Assembly (NCBI GenBank): GCA_902614235.1
Contig: CACMKG010000001.1
Coordinates: forward strand, 340,916-404,915
Direction: 5' to 3'
Length of the DNA: 64,000 nucleotides
Origin: an uncultured SAR86 cluster bacterium
Lineage (GTDB): Bacteria; Pseudomonadota; Gammaproteobacteria; Magnimaribacterales; AG-339-G14
Numbering within the stretch: position 1 is the stretch's first letter; each line of letters begins with the position of its first letter. Positions 38,822 through 48,411 of this stretch are shown here, one piece after another. The notes below the pieces were generated by a model. The model was not told where the DNA came from, searched no databases, and was given only the letters and a program-made list of their open reading frames with translations. Position numbers and translations under genes: made by a program.

Positions 38822-39358
38822 ATGGACTTCATCCTTTATTTCAATTCTTTTGATTTCATAACTTCTCTTTTCCTTATTACCTTTACAATATTAGGAATTG
38901 TTAAAGGTTTTTATCAAGAATTTATTTCAATTGGTATTTGGATTATTTCTATTGTCGTAGCTTGGATCTTTAGATATTTTCCTCAAGAATTTATTGAGGG
39001 AATAATTTCAGATAGAGAGATGCAAGAAATGTTTTCTTTTCTTCTTATTTTTATAATTGTATTTATTTTTTTTAGGATCATAGGCAAAGCAATAATCAAG
39101 GGTATAAATTCAATGCAAAAAAGTGCAATGGATCGTATTCTTGGAAGCTTTATTGGTTTTTCAAAAGGCTTTTTACTTGCAATAACTATTTTTTTGCTCA
39201 GTGACGAATATATAATGTCTAAGAGTTGGTGGAAGTCTAGCTACCTAGCAGATAACATCTATGAATCAGCAGAGATAATAGGCAGTTTCGTTGGTAAAGT
39301 TCCTTATAAGGAAATTAAAGAAATACAAGTTGACGAAAAATTATTGGAGAGTAATTAA
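38822..39358 (+). CDS. cvpA: CvpA family membrane protein (colicin V production protein)
   Basis: 178 aa, 4 TM, conserved position immediately upstream of purF. Confidence 0.75.
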   Translation: MDFILYFNSFDFITSLFLITFTILGIVKGFYQEFISIGIWIISIVVAWIFRYFPQEFIEGIISDREMQEMFSFLLIFIIVFIFFRIIGKAIIKGINSMQKSAMDRILGSFIGFSKGFLLAITIFLLSDEYIMSKSWWKSSYLADNIYESAEIIGSFVGKVPYKEIKEIQVDEKLLESN

Positions 39359-39360
39359 AT

Positions 39361-40830
39361 ATGTGCGGTGTTGTTGGATTAGTATCTAAGAACGAAGTTT
39401 CACCATCGCTTTATGAGGCCTTAACGGTCATCCAACATAGAGGTCAGGATGCAGCTGGAATATCAACCTTAGAAGAGGGTAGGCTCCATACGAGAAAACA
39501 AATAGGTTTGGTGAGGGATGTTTTCAGAGAAAAGCACATAGACGAATTAAAAGGGCAAATCGGTATTGGCCATGTAAGATACCCAACAGCTGGAGGAGCA
39601 AGCAGAGAATACTCTCAGCCACTTTATGTAAATTCTCCTTATGGAATAAGCATTAGCCATAATGGAAATTTAGTAAATACTGAAGAACTCGCCAAAGAAT
39701 TAAACAAAGTCAATTATAGACATCTAAATACTTCATCTGATTCTGAAGTGATTTTAAATGTTTTCGCCCATGAACTTCAGAAAGCGGGATCTTTTAACCC
39801 AAGTCCAGACCAAATTTTTACAGCAGTTGAGAAAACTCATCTTAGACTGAAAGGAGCATATTCAGTTTTGTTCATGATAAGTGGAGTGGGTTTAGTTGCT
39901 ATTAGAGATCCGAAAGGAATAAGGCCATTAATTTTAGGTAAAAAAGACAATGATTTGATTGGATCCGATTACATGATCGCATCTGAAAGTCCAGCACTAA
40001 GCGCTTTAGAATTTGAGATTGAGGGAGACTTGAAACCTGGAGAGGCTGTTTTCATAACCCCAGAAGGAGAATTACACAGAAAAGTTTGTCACAACAAACC
40101 TTCGAAAAATCCATGTATTTTTGAGTATGTCTATTTAGCAAGACCAGACGCAGTGATAGATGGAATTTCAGTAATGAGATCTAGACTAAGAATGGGACAA
40201 AAGCTTGGAAAAAAAATTCTAGAAACTTATCCTAATCATGATATTGATGCAGTAATACCTATTCCTGAAAGCAGTACTTCCTCAGCGATAGAAGTAGCAA
40301 AAACCTTAAATGTTAATTACAGAGAAGGTTTCGTGAAAAATAGATACATAGGAAGAACTTTTATTATGCCAAAGCAAGAATTAAGAAAAAAATCTGTAAG
40401 AAGAAAGCTCAATCCAATACCTTTTGAGTTTAAAGATAAAAATGTTCTATTGGTTGATGACTCAATAGTACGAGGAACAACAAGCAGAGAGATTGTTGAG
40501 ATGGCTAGAAGTGTTGGAGCTAAAAAAGTTTATTTTGCTTCAGCTGCGCCTCCTATAAGATTTCAAAACGTTTATGGAATTGATATGGCGGCTACCGCCG
40601 AATTAATAGCCCATCAAAGATCAGAAGAGCAAATTGCAGAATTCATTGGTGCCGATTGGTTGATTTATCAAAATTTGGAAGATTTGATAGAATCCGCTCA
40701 AGTAGGAAATCCAGAGATAGAAAAATTTGAGACTTCTGTTTTTGATGGAAAATATATTTGTGGTTCAGTTACAAAAGATTACTTAACTAATTTAGAAAGC
40801 GATAGAAAAGACAGCAGCAAAAAAGTCTAA
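39361..40830 (+). CDS. purF: Amidophosphoribosyltransferase
   Basis: Ntn Cys at [15 protein letters not shown], and PRPP motif [12 protein letters not shown]. Confidence 0.95.
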   Translation: MCGVVGLVSKNEVSPSLYEALTVIQHRGQDAAGISTLEEGRLHTRKQIGLVRDVFREKHIDELKGQIGIGHVRYPTAGGASREYSQPLYVNSPYGISISHNGNLVNTEELAKELNKVNYRHLNTSSDSEVILNVFAHELQKAGSFNPSPDQIFTAVEKTHLRLKGAYSVLFMISGVGLVAIRDPKGIRPLILGKKDNDLIGSDYMIASESPALSALEFEIEGDLKPGEAVFITPEGELHRKVCHNKPSKNPCIFEYVYLARPDAVIDGISVMRSRLRMGQKLGKKILETYPNHDIDAVIPIPESSTSSAIEVAKTLNVNYREGFVKNRYIGRTFIMPKQELRKKSVRRKLNPIPFEFKDKNVLLVDDSIVRGTTSREIVEMARSVGAKKVYFASAAPPIRFQNVYGIDMAATAELIAHQRSEEQIAEFIGADWLIYQNLEDLIESAQVGNPEIEKFETSVFDGKYICGSVTKDYLTNLESDRKDSSKKV

Positions 40831-43406
40831 TTGGTTTCTATTGTCACAGTTGGTAAAGAAGCGTTTTCAGCAGCTTCTCTATAAGAAGATATTTGATCAA
40901 AATTCATATATTTAAAAATATCTTCCGACATTGTGTTTATGTCTTTCATAAAGAATTGATATTCACCGGGAGTAGGTAGTTTTCCAAGAATTGAAGCAAT
41001 TGCAGCCAATTCAGCTGAAGAGAGATAGACATTTGCACCGTCTCCTAATCTGTTTGGAAAGTTTCTTGTAGAAGTAGACACTACAGTCGAATTAGGCTCA
41101 ACTCTTGCTTGGTTTCCCATGCAAAGTGAGCAACCTGGAATTTCAGTTCTTACTCCTGCATTTTCAAAAATCTTGTAAAAGCCTTCTTCTTCTAATTGAA
41201 ATTTATCCATTCTAGTTGGAGGTGAAATCCATAATCTAGTCGGAAGCTTAGAAGTATTTTCTAATAATTTACCGGCGGCTCTAAAATGTCCTATGTTAGT
41301 CATGCAGGAACCTATAAAAACCTCATCAATTTTTTCTTCCCCAATTTCGCTTAATGTTTTTATGTCATCAGGATCATTTGGACAAGCCAAAAGGGGCTCA
41401 GTAATTTCATCCAAGTTTATTTCAATGACCTCAGCATATTGTGCATCTTTATCAGGTTTTAAAAGAACAGGGTTTTTAATCCATTCTTCCATCTTCTGAG
41501 CTCTTCTTTCTAGAGTTCTTGCATCACCATAGCCCTCAGAAATAAGCCATCTAAGCAAAACTATATTTGAATTTAAGTATTCAATAATAGGAGCTTCATC
41601 TAATAAAACAGTACAGCCAGATGCAGATCTCTCAGCAGAAGCATCGGATAATTCAAAAGCTTGTTCTATTTTAAGATCAGAAAGTCCTTCAATTTCTAGG
41701 CATCTTCCAGAGAAAATATTTTTTTTACCTTTTTTTGCAACTGTGAGCAGGCCTTTTTGAATTGCAGCGTAAGGAATAGCATTTACTAAATCTCTAAGTG
41801 TAATTCCTGGCTGCATTTTTCCAGAAAATCTAACGAGAACAGACTCAGGCATATCGAGCGGAATTACTCCCAAAGCTGCACCAAAAGCAACTAGTCCAGA
41901 TCCAGCAGGAAAACTTATTCCAATTGGAAAGCGAGTATGTGAGTCTCCTCCAGTGCCCACAGTGTCAGGCAATAACATTCTATTAAGCCATGAATGAATA
42001 ATTCCATCACCGGGCTTTAGAGCTACTCCTCCTCTTGTTTTTATAAATTCAGGCAAAGTGTGTTGGGTTTCTATATCTACCGGTTTTGGATAAGCAGCAG
42101 TATGACAAAAAGACTGCATCACAAGATCTGACGAAAACCCTAAACAAGCTAATTCTTTAAGTTCATCTCTTGTCATTGGACCAGTAGTATCTTGGGAACC
42201 AACAGTCGACATAATAGGCTCACAGTAAACACCTGGCCTTATTCCATCTACTCCACAAGCCTTACCTACGATTTTTTGGGCCAAGGTATAACCATCACTA
42301 GAGTCATCATCCATTCCTGGACGAACAAATACTTCTGAAGGAGCAAGACCTAAATATTCTCTAGATTTATCAGTAAGACTTCTTCCAATTATCAAAGGAA
42401 TCCTACCTCCAGCTCTAACTTCATCTAAGAAAGTTTCAGACTTTAGCTTAAAAGAACTTATAACTTTTGAATTCTCATTTTTAATAACTCCTTCATGAGG
42501 ATAAATACTTATTAAATCACCAGTATTTAATTTATTTACATCAACTTCAAATACCAGGGTTCCAGCATCTTCCATCGTATTAAAGAAAATTGGAGCAATC
42601 TTGCTTCCAATACAGATACCACCCGTTTTTTTATTCGGAATATAAGGAATATCCTCGCCCATGTGCCAAAGCACCGAATTAGTAGCAGATTTTCTAGAAG
42701 ATCCTGTACCAACTACATCACCTGCTAAGGTTACTGGATATCCTGATTCCTTTAATTTTTCTATTTCTTCAAGAGGCTTTGCAGATAATCCTTCTCTTGG
42801 CATCTTATACATTGCTAAAGCATGCAAGGGAATATCTGGTCTTGACCATGCATCTGGAGCAGGAGATAGATCATCAGTATTTGTTTCTCCGGGAACTTTA
42901 AAAATAACGGTATCAATTTTTTGCGGAACTTCAGGCTTTGCTGTAAACCATTCTGCATTAGCCCAAGAAGTTAAAACTTTAAGAGCATTTGTTGAAGTTT
43001 TAGAAAGTTCAGCTATATCATTGAACGCATCAAAAACTAAAAGTGTCTTTGATAATGCCTCTATTGCTGTTCCACCACATATTTCGTCGTCTATTAATGA
43101 AATTAAAGGTTCTACGTTATAGCCTCCAAGCATTGTTCCTAAATAGAAAGTTGCCTCCTTTGGAGTAAAAACCTTTGTTTCAATTTTTCTTTTGGCAACA
43201 TCTGCTAGGAAAGCAGCTTTTATGTATGCAGCATCGTCCACTCCAGCGGGTACTCTCTCCGTTAGAAGATTTAATAATTCTTCATCTTTATCCTTAGCTT
43301 TCTTTATTAACTCAACTAATTGTGAAGTTTGTTCTGCATCTAGAGGTAGAGGAGGTATACCCATATCAGCCCTTTCCTTGGCTGATTTATAATAATTATC
43401 AAGCAT
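40827..43406 (-). CDS. acnB: Aconitate hydratase B / 2-methylisocitrate dehydratase
   Basis: 859 aa. The N-terminus [22 protein letters not shown] is typical of AcnB. Fe-S ligand blocks are GSCMTNIGH and [10 protein letters not shown]. Confidence 0.95.
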   Translation of the reverse strand: MLDNYYKSAKERADMGIPPLPLDAEQTSQLVELIKKAKDKDEELLNLLTERVPAGVDDAAYIKAAFLADVAKRKIETKVFTPKEATFYLGTMLGGYNVEPLISLIDDEICGGTAIEALSKTLLVFDAFNDIAELSKTSTNALKVLTSWANAEWFTAKPEVPQKIDTVIFKVPGETNTDDLSPAPDAWSRPDIPLHALAMYKMPREGLSAKPLEEIEKLKESGYPVTLAGDVVGTGSSRKSATNSVLWHMGEDIPYIPNKKTGGICIGSKIAPIFFNTMEDAGTLVFEVDVNKLNTGDLISIYPHEGVIKNENSKVISSFKLKSETFLDEVRAGGRIPLIIGRSLTDKSREYLGLAPSEVFVRPGMDDDSSDGYTLAQKIVGKACGVDGIRPGVYCEPIMSTVGSQDTTGPMTRDELKELACLGFSSDLVMQSFCHTAAYPKPVDIETQHTLPEFIKTRGGVALKPGDGIIHSWLNRMLLPDTVGTGGDSHTRFPIGISFPAGSGLVAFGAALGVIPLDMPESVLVRFSGKMQPGITLRDLVNAIPYAAIQKGLLTVAKKGKKNIFSGRCLEIEGLSDLKIEQAFELSDASAERSASGCTVLLDEAPIIEYLNSNIVLLRWLISEGYGDARTLERRAQKMEEWIKNPVLLKPDKDAQYAEVIEINLDEITEPLLACPNDPDDIKTLSEIGEEKIDEVFIGSCMTNIGHFRAAGKLLENTSKLPTRLWISPPTRMDKFQLEEEGFYKIFENAGVRTEIPGCSLCMGNQARVEPNSTVVSTSTRNFPNRLGDGANVYLSSAELAAIASILGKLPTPGEYQFFMKDINTMSEDIFKYMNFDQISSYREAAENASLPTVTIETN

Positions 43407-43425
43407 AAATTTTTTAAAAAAATGT

Positions 43426-43431
43426 ATTATA
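43426..43431 (-). promoter_or_regulatory. Putative acnB -10 hexamer (perfect TATAAT on the reverse strand)
   Basis: The reverse strand reads gtTTATAATacatttttttaaaaaatttATG, with the hexamer 19 nt from the acnB ATG. Any -35 would lie inside the divergent DUF1289 ORF. Confidence 0.3.
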
Positions 43432-43435
43432 AACT

Positions 43436-43900
43436 ATGTCAATGTCTAAAAGAACCAGAACGCCTTGCGTAGGAATTTGCTCGACTACTTATGGAGATGA
43501 TGTTTGCAGAGGTTGCAAGCGCTTTGCACAAGAGATTATTAATTGGAATAGCTTTTCTCCAGATGAAAGAGAGGCAGTTTGGCAAAGACTAGAAAAACTC
43601 AAAACTCAGATTATGAAGTCTCGAATTGAAATTTTAAATTCTTCAAAATTAGCAGAAGGTATTGCTGAATATCGATTAAGAATACATGAGGATTTAAATG
43701 ACTTATGTAAAGCGTTTGAACTGGTCAAGCTTACTAGCAAAAGTTTTAAAAATTTAACTCAATTTGGGATAATGATAATCTCGCCCATAAAAGATTTAGA
43801 AATATTGAAAGAAGATATAGAAAAGGAACTTTATGAGCTTTCATCGGCTCATTACAATAGATATTTTATTGAGCCAATCAACTATAAGGAGATTAAATAA
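43436..43900 (+). CDS. DUF1289 (YdhL-like Cys-rich) domain protein with about 100-aa C-terminal extension
   Basis: N-terminal TPCVGICSTTYGDDVCRGCKRFAQEIINW matches the DUF1289 CxxxC...CxxC pattern. I do not recognise the rest of the 154-aa protein. Confidence 0.65.
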   Translation: MSMSKRTRTPCVGICSTTYGDDVCRGCKRFAQEIINWNSFSPDEREAVWQRLEKLKTQIMKSRIEILNSSKLAEGIAEYRLRIHEDLNDLCKAFELVKLTSKSFKNLTQFGIMIISPIKDLEILKEDIEKELYELSSAHYNRYFIEPINYKEIK

Positions 43901-45210
43901 TGAATGATATTTTAGATTCAGAATTATCATTGCCATGCGGCAAGGTTTTAAAAAACAGGATCTGTAAATCTGCTCTTACTGAAAGAATTGCTGAAGGCGA
44001 TAATTTGGTTAATCAAAAACATTTAAACCTTTACGAAAAATGGGCTGAAGGAAATGTGGGAACAGTTCTTACTGGAAATGTCCAAGTTGATAAACGATAT
44101 TTAGAATCTGCAGGAAACGTAGCTATTGAAAAAAGTAATTACAAAGATCAATTAAGTTTATTAAAAAAATGGACTGAAGTTGGAACAAAAAATAACACTA
44201 ATTTATGGATGCAAATAAGTCATGCCGGAAGACAAACGCCCGGAGACTTGAATATGAATCCTGTTGCACCTTCAAATATAGGACTTAAAATTCCTGGAAG
44301 AAAATATGGTACGCCCAAACCTTTGAGCAATGATGAAATAGAAGACGTCATAGAAAGATTTATTTTTACTGCAAAGATAGCTCAAGACACTGGCTTTACG
44401 GGCATTCAAATTCATTCTGCTCATGGTTATTTAATGTCGGAATTTTTATCACCCGATATTAATAGAAGAGAAGATCAGTGGGGTGGGTCACTTGAGAATA
44501 GATCAAGGATTTTGTTAAGAATTATTAATGGTTGCAGGAAAGAATTGGGAGAAAATTTTCCTATATCAGTGAAATTAAACTCAGCCGATTTTCAAAAAGG
44601 AGGATTTAGTGCTGAAGATTCATCTAAAGTAGCTGCAATGTTAAGTGATGCAAAAATTGATTTGTTAGAAATCTCTGGAGGTACTTATGAGCAGCCTAGA
44701 TTACTTGGATTAGACGGCGTCAGTATTAATCCAAAAAGAAGCGAAGCAAGAAAGGAAAGCACTATTGCTAGAGAAGCTTATTTTCTTGCTTATACGGAAG
44801 AAATTAAAAAAGTTATCGATATCCCTTTAATGGTAACTGGAGGATTTCGATCCAGAGTAGCAATGGAAGACGCAATAAATAAAGGAGCATGCGAAATTAT
44901 TGGTATTGGACGCCCTTTATGTTCTGATCCATTGTCTATAAAAAAATTACTTGATAAAGAAATTGACGTGCTACCAATGTTTGAAAAAACTTTATCGATT
45001 GGACCTGGGTGGCTTTCTTCTAATAGTCCTTTTAGATTGATTCAAGCGATAAATGCTTTTGGTATTCAGTCATGGTTTTATTCACAAATTAGAAGAATTT
45101 CAGAAGGACTGGATCCCGACTTGTCAATGAATCCTTTAAAGGCATTTAGAAGCGATGGTAAAATAGACAAACAAACAGTTCAATCTTATAAGTCTTATAA
45201 TAAATCCTGA
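43900..45210 (+). CDS. NADH:flavin oxidoreductase, Old Yellow Enzyme family
   Basis: Motifs ISHAGRQ, IQIHSAHGYLMSEFLSP, WGGSLENRSR and a TIM-barrel OYE layout. 436 aa. The start overlaps the upstream stop (TAATG). Confidence 0.8.
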   Translation: MNDILDSELSLPCGKVLKNRICKSALTERIAEGDNLVNQKHLNLYEKWAEGNVGTVLTGNVQVDKRYLESAGNVAIEKSNYKDQLSLLKKWTEVGTKNNTNLWMQISHAGRQTPGDLNMNPVAPSNIGLKIPGRKYGTPKPLSNDEIEDVIERFIFTAKIAQDTGFTGIQIHSAHGYLMSEFLSPDINRREDQWGGSLENRSRILLRIINGCRKELGENFPISVKLNSADFQKGGFSAEDSSKVAAMLSDAKIDLLEISGGTYEQPRLLGLDGVSINPKRSEARKESTIAREAYFLAYTEEIKKVIDIPLMVTGGFRSRVAMEDAINKGACEIIGIGRPLCSDPLSIKKLLDKEIDVLPMFEKTLSIGPGWLSSNSPFRLIQAINAFGIQSWFYSQIRRISEGLDPDLSMNPLKAFRSDGKIDKQTVQSYKSYNKS

Positions 45211-45221
45211 TCGTTTACCTT

Positions 45222-46049
45222 ATGACAGCTGATATAAATTCAATATATTTAATTGCTTTGCCAATAGTTTTTGCCCTTATCGGTTTGGAAGCTTTTATTT
45301 CTAGTTATTTAAATATGAATGTTTACAAAACTGGAGATACTCTCGGAACCATAGGTTTATTATCAGGAAATATACTAGTTTCTCTTTTGATAAAAGGATC
45401 GACATTGACATTTCACTTTTTTTTATATCAATTTAAGTTAATAGATTTAGTCTCCGTAATTCCAACATGGCTACACTGGGTTCTAGCTTTTATTTTTATT
45501 GATTTTATTTATTATTTCTATCATCGGATCTCTCACAGAAGTAGATTTCTATGGGCTGTACACATGAGTCATCACTCAAGCGAAGAAATGAATTTTGCAG
45601 TTGCTTTTAGACAGGCTTGGCTAGGCCCTGTTTCAAAAATTCCTTTTTTTATGGTTTTACCTTTAATAGGGTTTGATCCAGTGATAGTAGCAGTAGCCGG
45701 AGTTTTGAGTACTTTATGGGGAATTTTTGGCCATACACAAATAATAAGAAATTTAGGACCGCTCGAATGGGTGTTTGTCACTCCCTCCCATCACAGAGTT
45801 CATCATGGAGCTAACGAAGTTTATATCGATAAGAATTATGGAAATTTTCTTATAATTTGGGATAGATTCTTTGGGACTTTTGAGGCAGAAAAAGAAAAAG
45901 TGAAATTTGGCTTGGTAAAAAATGTAAATACTTTCAATCCAATTAAAATTACTATCATGGGTTGGCAAGATATTTATAGAGATATAAAAAAATCTAAATC
46001 TTCCAAAGAAGCATTTGATCACTTTTTTGGCCCGCCTAAAACCAATTAA
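45222..46049 (+). CDS. Fatty acid hydroxylase / sterol desaturase superfamily membrane protein
   Basis: Three histidine boxes (HRISH, HMSHHS, HHRVHH) and 4-5 TM helices. Confidence 0.8.
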   Translation: MTADINSIYLIALPIVFALIGLEAFISSYLNMNVYKTGDTLGTIGLLSGNILVSLLIKGSTLTFHFFLYQFKLIDLVSVIPTWLHWVLAFIFIDFIYYFYHRISHRSRFLWAVHMSHHSSEEMNFAVAFRQAWLGPVSKIPFFMVLPLIGFDPVIVAVAGVLSTLWGIFGHTQIIRNLGPLEWVFVTPSHHRVHHGANEVYIDKNYGNFLIIWDRFFGTFEAEKEKVKFGLVKNVNTFNPIKITIMGWQDIYRDIKKSKSSKEAFDHFFGPPKTN

Positions 46050-46157
46050 GTTTAAAATTTATCCCTCATCTTTCTTTCATAAAAGAAATGAACTTTCAGC
46101 AAATAAAAATGTAAAATTAATATGATTACAAATTTAAATCATTTCCTTTTATAAATT

Positions 46158-47342
46158 ATGGAAAAAGTAATACTTGCTTATTCTGGAGGTTTAGACACTT
46201 CTGTCATTTTAAAATGGCTTCAAGTAGAAAAAAATCTTGAAGTTGTCACATACACAGCAGATATGGGACAGGGAGACATTCCAGATGATTTAGAACAAAA
46301 AGCTAAAAGTTTTGGAGCCTCTAAAGTTATCATTGATGACTTATCAGAAGAGTTTGTAAAAGACTTTGTGTTTCCAATGTTGCGTTGCAATACATTGTTT
46401 GAAGGCGAGTATCTTCTTGGAACCGCCATTGCCAGACCGCTTATCGTAAAAAAATTAGTTGAAGTAGGTTTGCAAGAAGGAACAAACATCATAAGTCATG
46501 GAGCAACCGGAAAGGGAAATGATCAAATTAGATTTGAAATCGGCGCTCATGCTCTTAATAAAAATATTCATGTCATAGCTCCTTGGAGAGAATGGGATAT
46601 GACGTCAAGAACAGATTTGATGGAGTACTGTAAAAAGAATCAAATTCCAATGCCAGCTTCAAAAGCAGAAGAGCCACCATTTTCTATGGATGAAAATCTC
46701 TTGCACATTTCATATGAAGGAGGAGTTCTCGAAGATCTTTCATCTCCACCACCTGATGATATGTGGCTAAATACAAAATCTCTTGAGGAAGCTAGCGATC
46801 ATTCTGAAGAAATTGAAATTGAGTTTTGCAAAGGCGATCCAATCTCTATCAATGGAGTAAACTTATCATCATCAAAAATCTTGAGTAAATTGAACGAATA
46901 TGGTGCTAAGCATGGCATTGGAAGAGTAGATATCGTTGAGTCTAGGGCAACTGGCATGAAATCAAGAGGTTGTTATGAAACTCCAGGTGGAACAATCCTT
47001 ATTAAAGCAAGAAGAGCTATCGAGTCATTATGTTTGACAGGCGAGACTATAAAAACCAAAGATTCTTTGATTCCAATTTATGCTTCATTAATATACGAAG
47101 GACTTTGGTGGAGTGATGAACGATTGAGACTTCAAAACCTCATTAACGACTGTTCGAAAGTTGTAAAAGGAACTGTCAAAGTTAAGTTATTTAAAGGGAA
47201 TGTTATTCACCTATCAAAGAAAAGTGAAAATTCTTTATACGATAAAGATAAAGCTAGCTTTGAAGAAGAAGGAGGCTTTAGTAACGAAGATATGAAAAAA
47301 TATATAAAAGAAAATATTTTAAAATACACCAAGAATTTTTAA
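46158..47342 (+). CDS. argG: Argininosuccinate synthase
   Basis: Motifs AYSGGLDTS and SHGATGKGNDQIRFE. Confidence 0.95.
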   Translation: MEKVILAYSGGLDTSVILKWLQVEKNLEVVTYTADMGQGDIPDDLEQKAKSFGASKVIIDDLSEEFVKDFVFPMLRCNTLFEGEYLLGTAIARPLIVKKLVEVGLQEGTNIISHGATGKGNDQIRFEIGAHALNKNIHVIAPWREWDMTSRTDLMEYCKKNQIPMPASKAEEPPFSMDENLLHISYEGGVLEDLSSPPPDDMWLNTKSLEEASDHSEEIEIEFCKGDPISINGVNLSSSKILSKLNEYGAKHGIGRVDIVESRATGMKSRGCYETPGGTILIKARRAIESLCLTGETIKTKDSLIPIYASLIYEGLWWSDERLRLQNLINDCSKVVKGTVKVKLFKGNVIHLSKKSENSLYDKDKASFEEEGGFSNEDMKKYIKENILKYTKNF

Positions 47343-47506
47343 ATTAAATTAGTATTTAGATAAATCAGCCCCAACAATAAAAGCGTAATTAGAATCCAAA
47401 TAAAATTAAAAAATCTAACATTTAAATCTTTAAAGAGATAGCGGATCAGCGCGGTAAGACAATAAGCAATAACAATTGTTAAAAGAAGAAAAATTATTCT
47501 TATCAT
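47339..47506 (-). CDS. Possible 55-aa two-TM membrane peptide (hypothetical)
   Basis: Below the ORF-track size cut-off. My translation is MIRIIFLLLTIVIAYCLTALIRYLFKDLNVRFFNFIWILITLLLLGLIYLNTNLI*. The ATG lies 4 nt after the fabD stop on the same strand, and its stop overlaps the argG stop by 4 nt. It fills an otherwise empty 168-nt gap. Confidence 0.35.
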   Translation of the reverse strand: MIRIIFLLLTIVIAYCLTALIRYLFKDLNVRFFNFIWILITLLLLGLIYLNTNLI

Positions 47507-47510
47507 TTTG

Positions 47511-48407
47511 TTAAATTTCTATCAGGCTTGTTTTTTCAATATCTTTTAATTTTCTAGCCATATTAATTATTGTTTTTTCTGGACCAGAATCGTAAATTTC
47601 TTTTATATTATTTTTTACTAAATATTCTAAGGTTTCCCTCCATCTTACTGTGCTACAAAGTTGCTTAATAAGAGCTTCTTTAATTTCGTTAGTATCAGTG
47701 GTAGGCCGAGCTAAGACGTTTGGTATCAACGGGATTCTGGGTGAATTAAATGCAACTTCATTTAAAAGTTTTCCCAATTCTGTTTGAGCACTTTCCAAAA
47801 GAGAACAATGGGAAGGAACTGACATTTGTATTAATTGAGTTTTCACACGCTTATAGTCACCATTCTCAATATGTTCAATAGTCGCCTTAATTGCTGAATT
47901 TGTCCCAGCTAAAACAGAGACTCCTTCTGCATTATCGGTTGAAAAATCTATTACTTCTCCTGTGTCATTAATAGAAATTATCATTTCTTTTACTTCAGAT
48001 AAGGGCATATTTAAAACTACTAACATTCCTGCTGTTCCTTCCGGTACGGCATTCTGCATAAGTTTTCCTCTAAAATTTACTAGTTTTATTGCATCATTAA
48101 AATCAATGCATTCTGCAAAGACTAAAGCTGAATATTCACCTAAAGAAAGTCCAGCAGTATAGGAAAAATCCAAGTCATTAGCTTTTTTTCTCGCAATAGC
48201 TACGCTAGTAGCAAGTATTGCTGGCTGAGCATATTCGGTAAGATTTAGTTTTTGTTCTGGGCCAGTTTTGACTAATTCAAATAAGTCAAAATCTAAAACA
48301 TTAGATGTTTGAGTAAACAGACTTTTTATTTCCAAGTCTGATTCTAAAAGAAAATCCATCATCCCAACTTTTTGAACACCTTGTCCAGGGAATAAAAGCG
48401 CTTTCAT
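47511..48407 (-). CDS. fabD: Malonyl-CoA:ACP transacylase
   Basis: Motifs FPGQGVQ, active-site GLSLGEYSAL and SVPSHCSLL. Confidence 0.9.
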   Translation of the reverse strand: MKALLFPGQGVQKVGMMDFLLESDLEIKSLFTQTSNVLDFDLFELVKTGPEQKLNLTEYAQPAILATSVAIARKKANDLDFSYTAGLSLGEYSALVFAECIDFNDAIKLVNFRGKLMQNAVPEGTAGMLVVLNMPLSEVKEMIISINDTGEVIDFSTDNAEGVSVLAGTNSAIKATIEHIENGDYKRVKTQLIQMSVPSHCSLLESAQTELGKLLNEVAFNSPRIPLIPNVLARPTTDTNEIKEALIKQLCSTVRWRETLEYLVKNNIKEIYDSGPEKTIINMARKLKDIEKTSLIEI

Positions 48408-48411
48408 TATA

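Noticed and set aside
42661-43122. 153-aa forward-strand ORF inside acnB, plus 41293-41499 and 43192-43392
   Set aside because: These are antisense shadow ORFs within a highly conserved acnB frame. They have no start context and no motifs.
46050-46157. Possible ArgR operator(s) upstream of argG (TTCAT-N7-ATGAA at about 46077-46095; ATGATT-N9-AATCAT at about 46122-46142)
   Set aside because: The inverted repeats are short, A/T-rich and expected by chance in this composition. Neither matches the TGAAT-N4-ATTCA ARG-box geometry.
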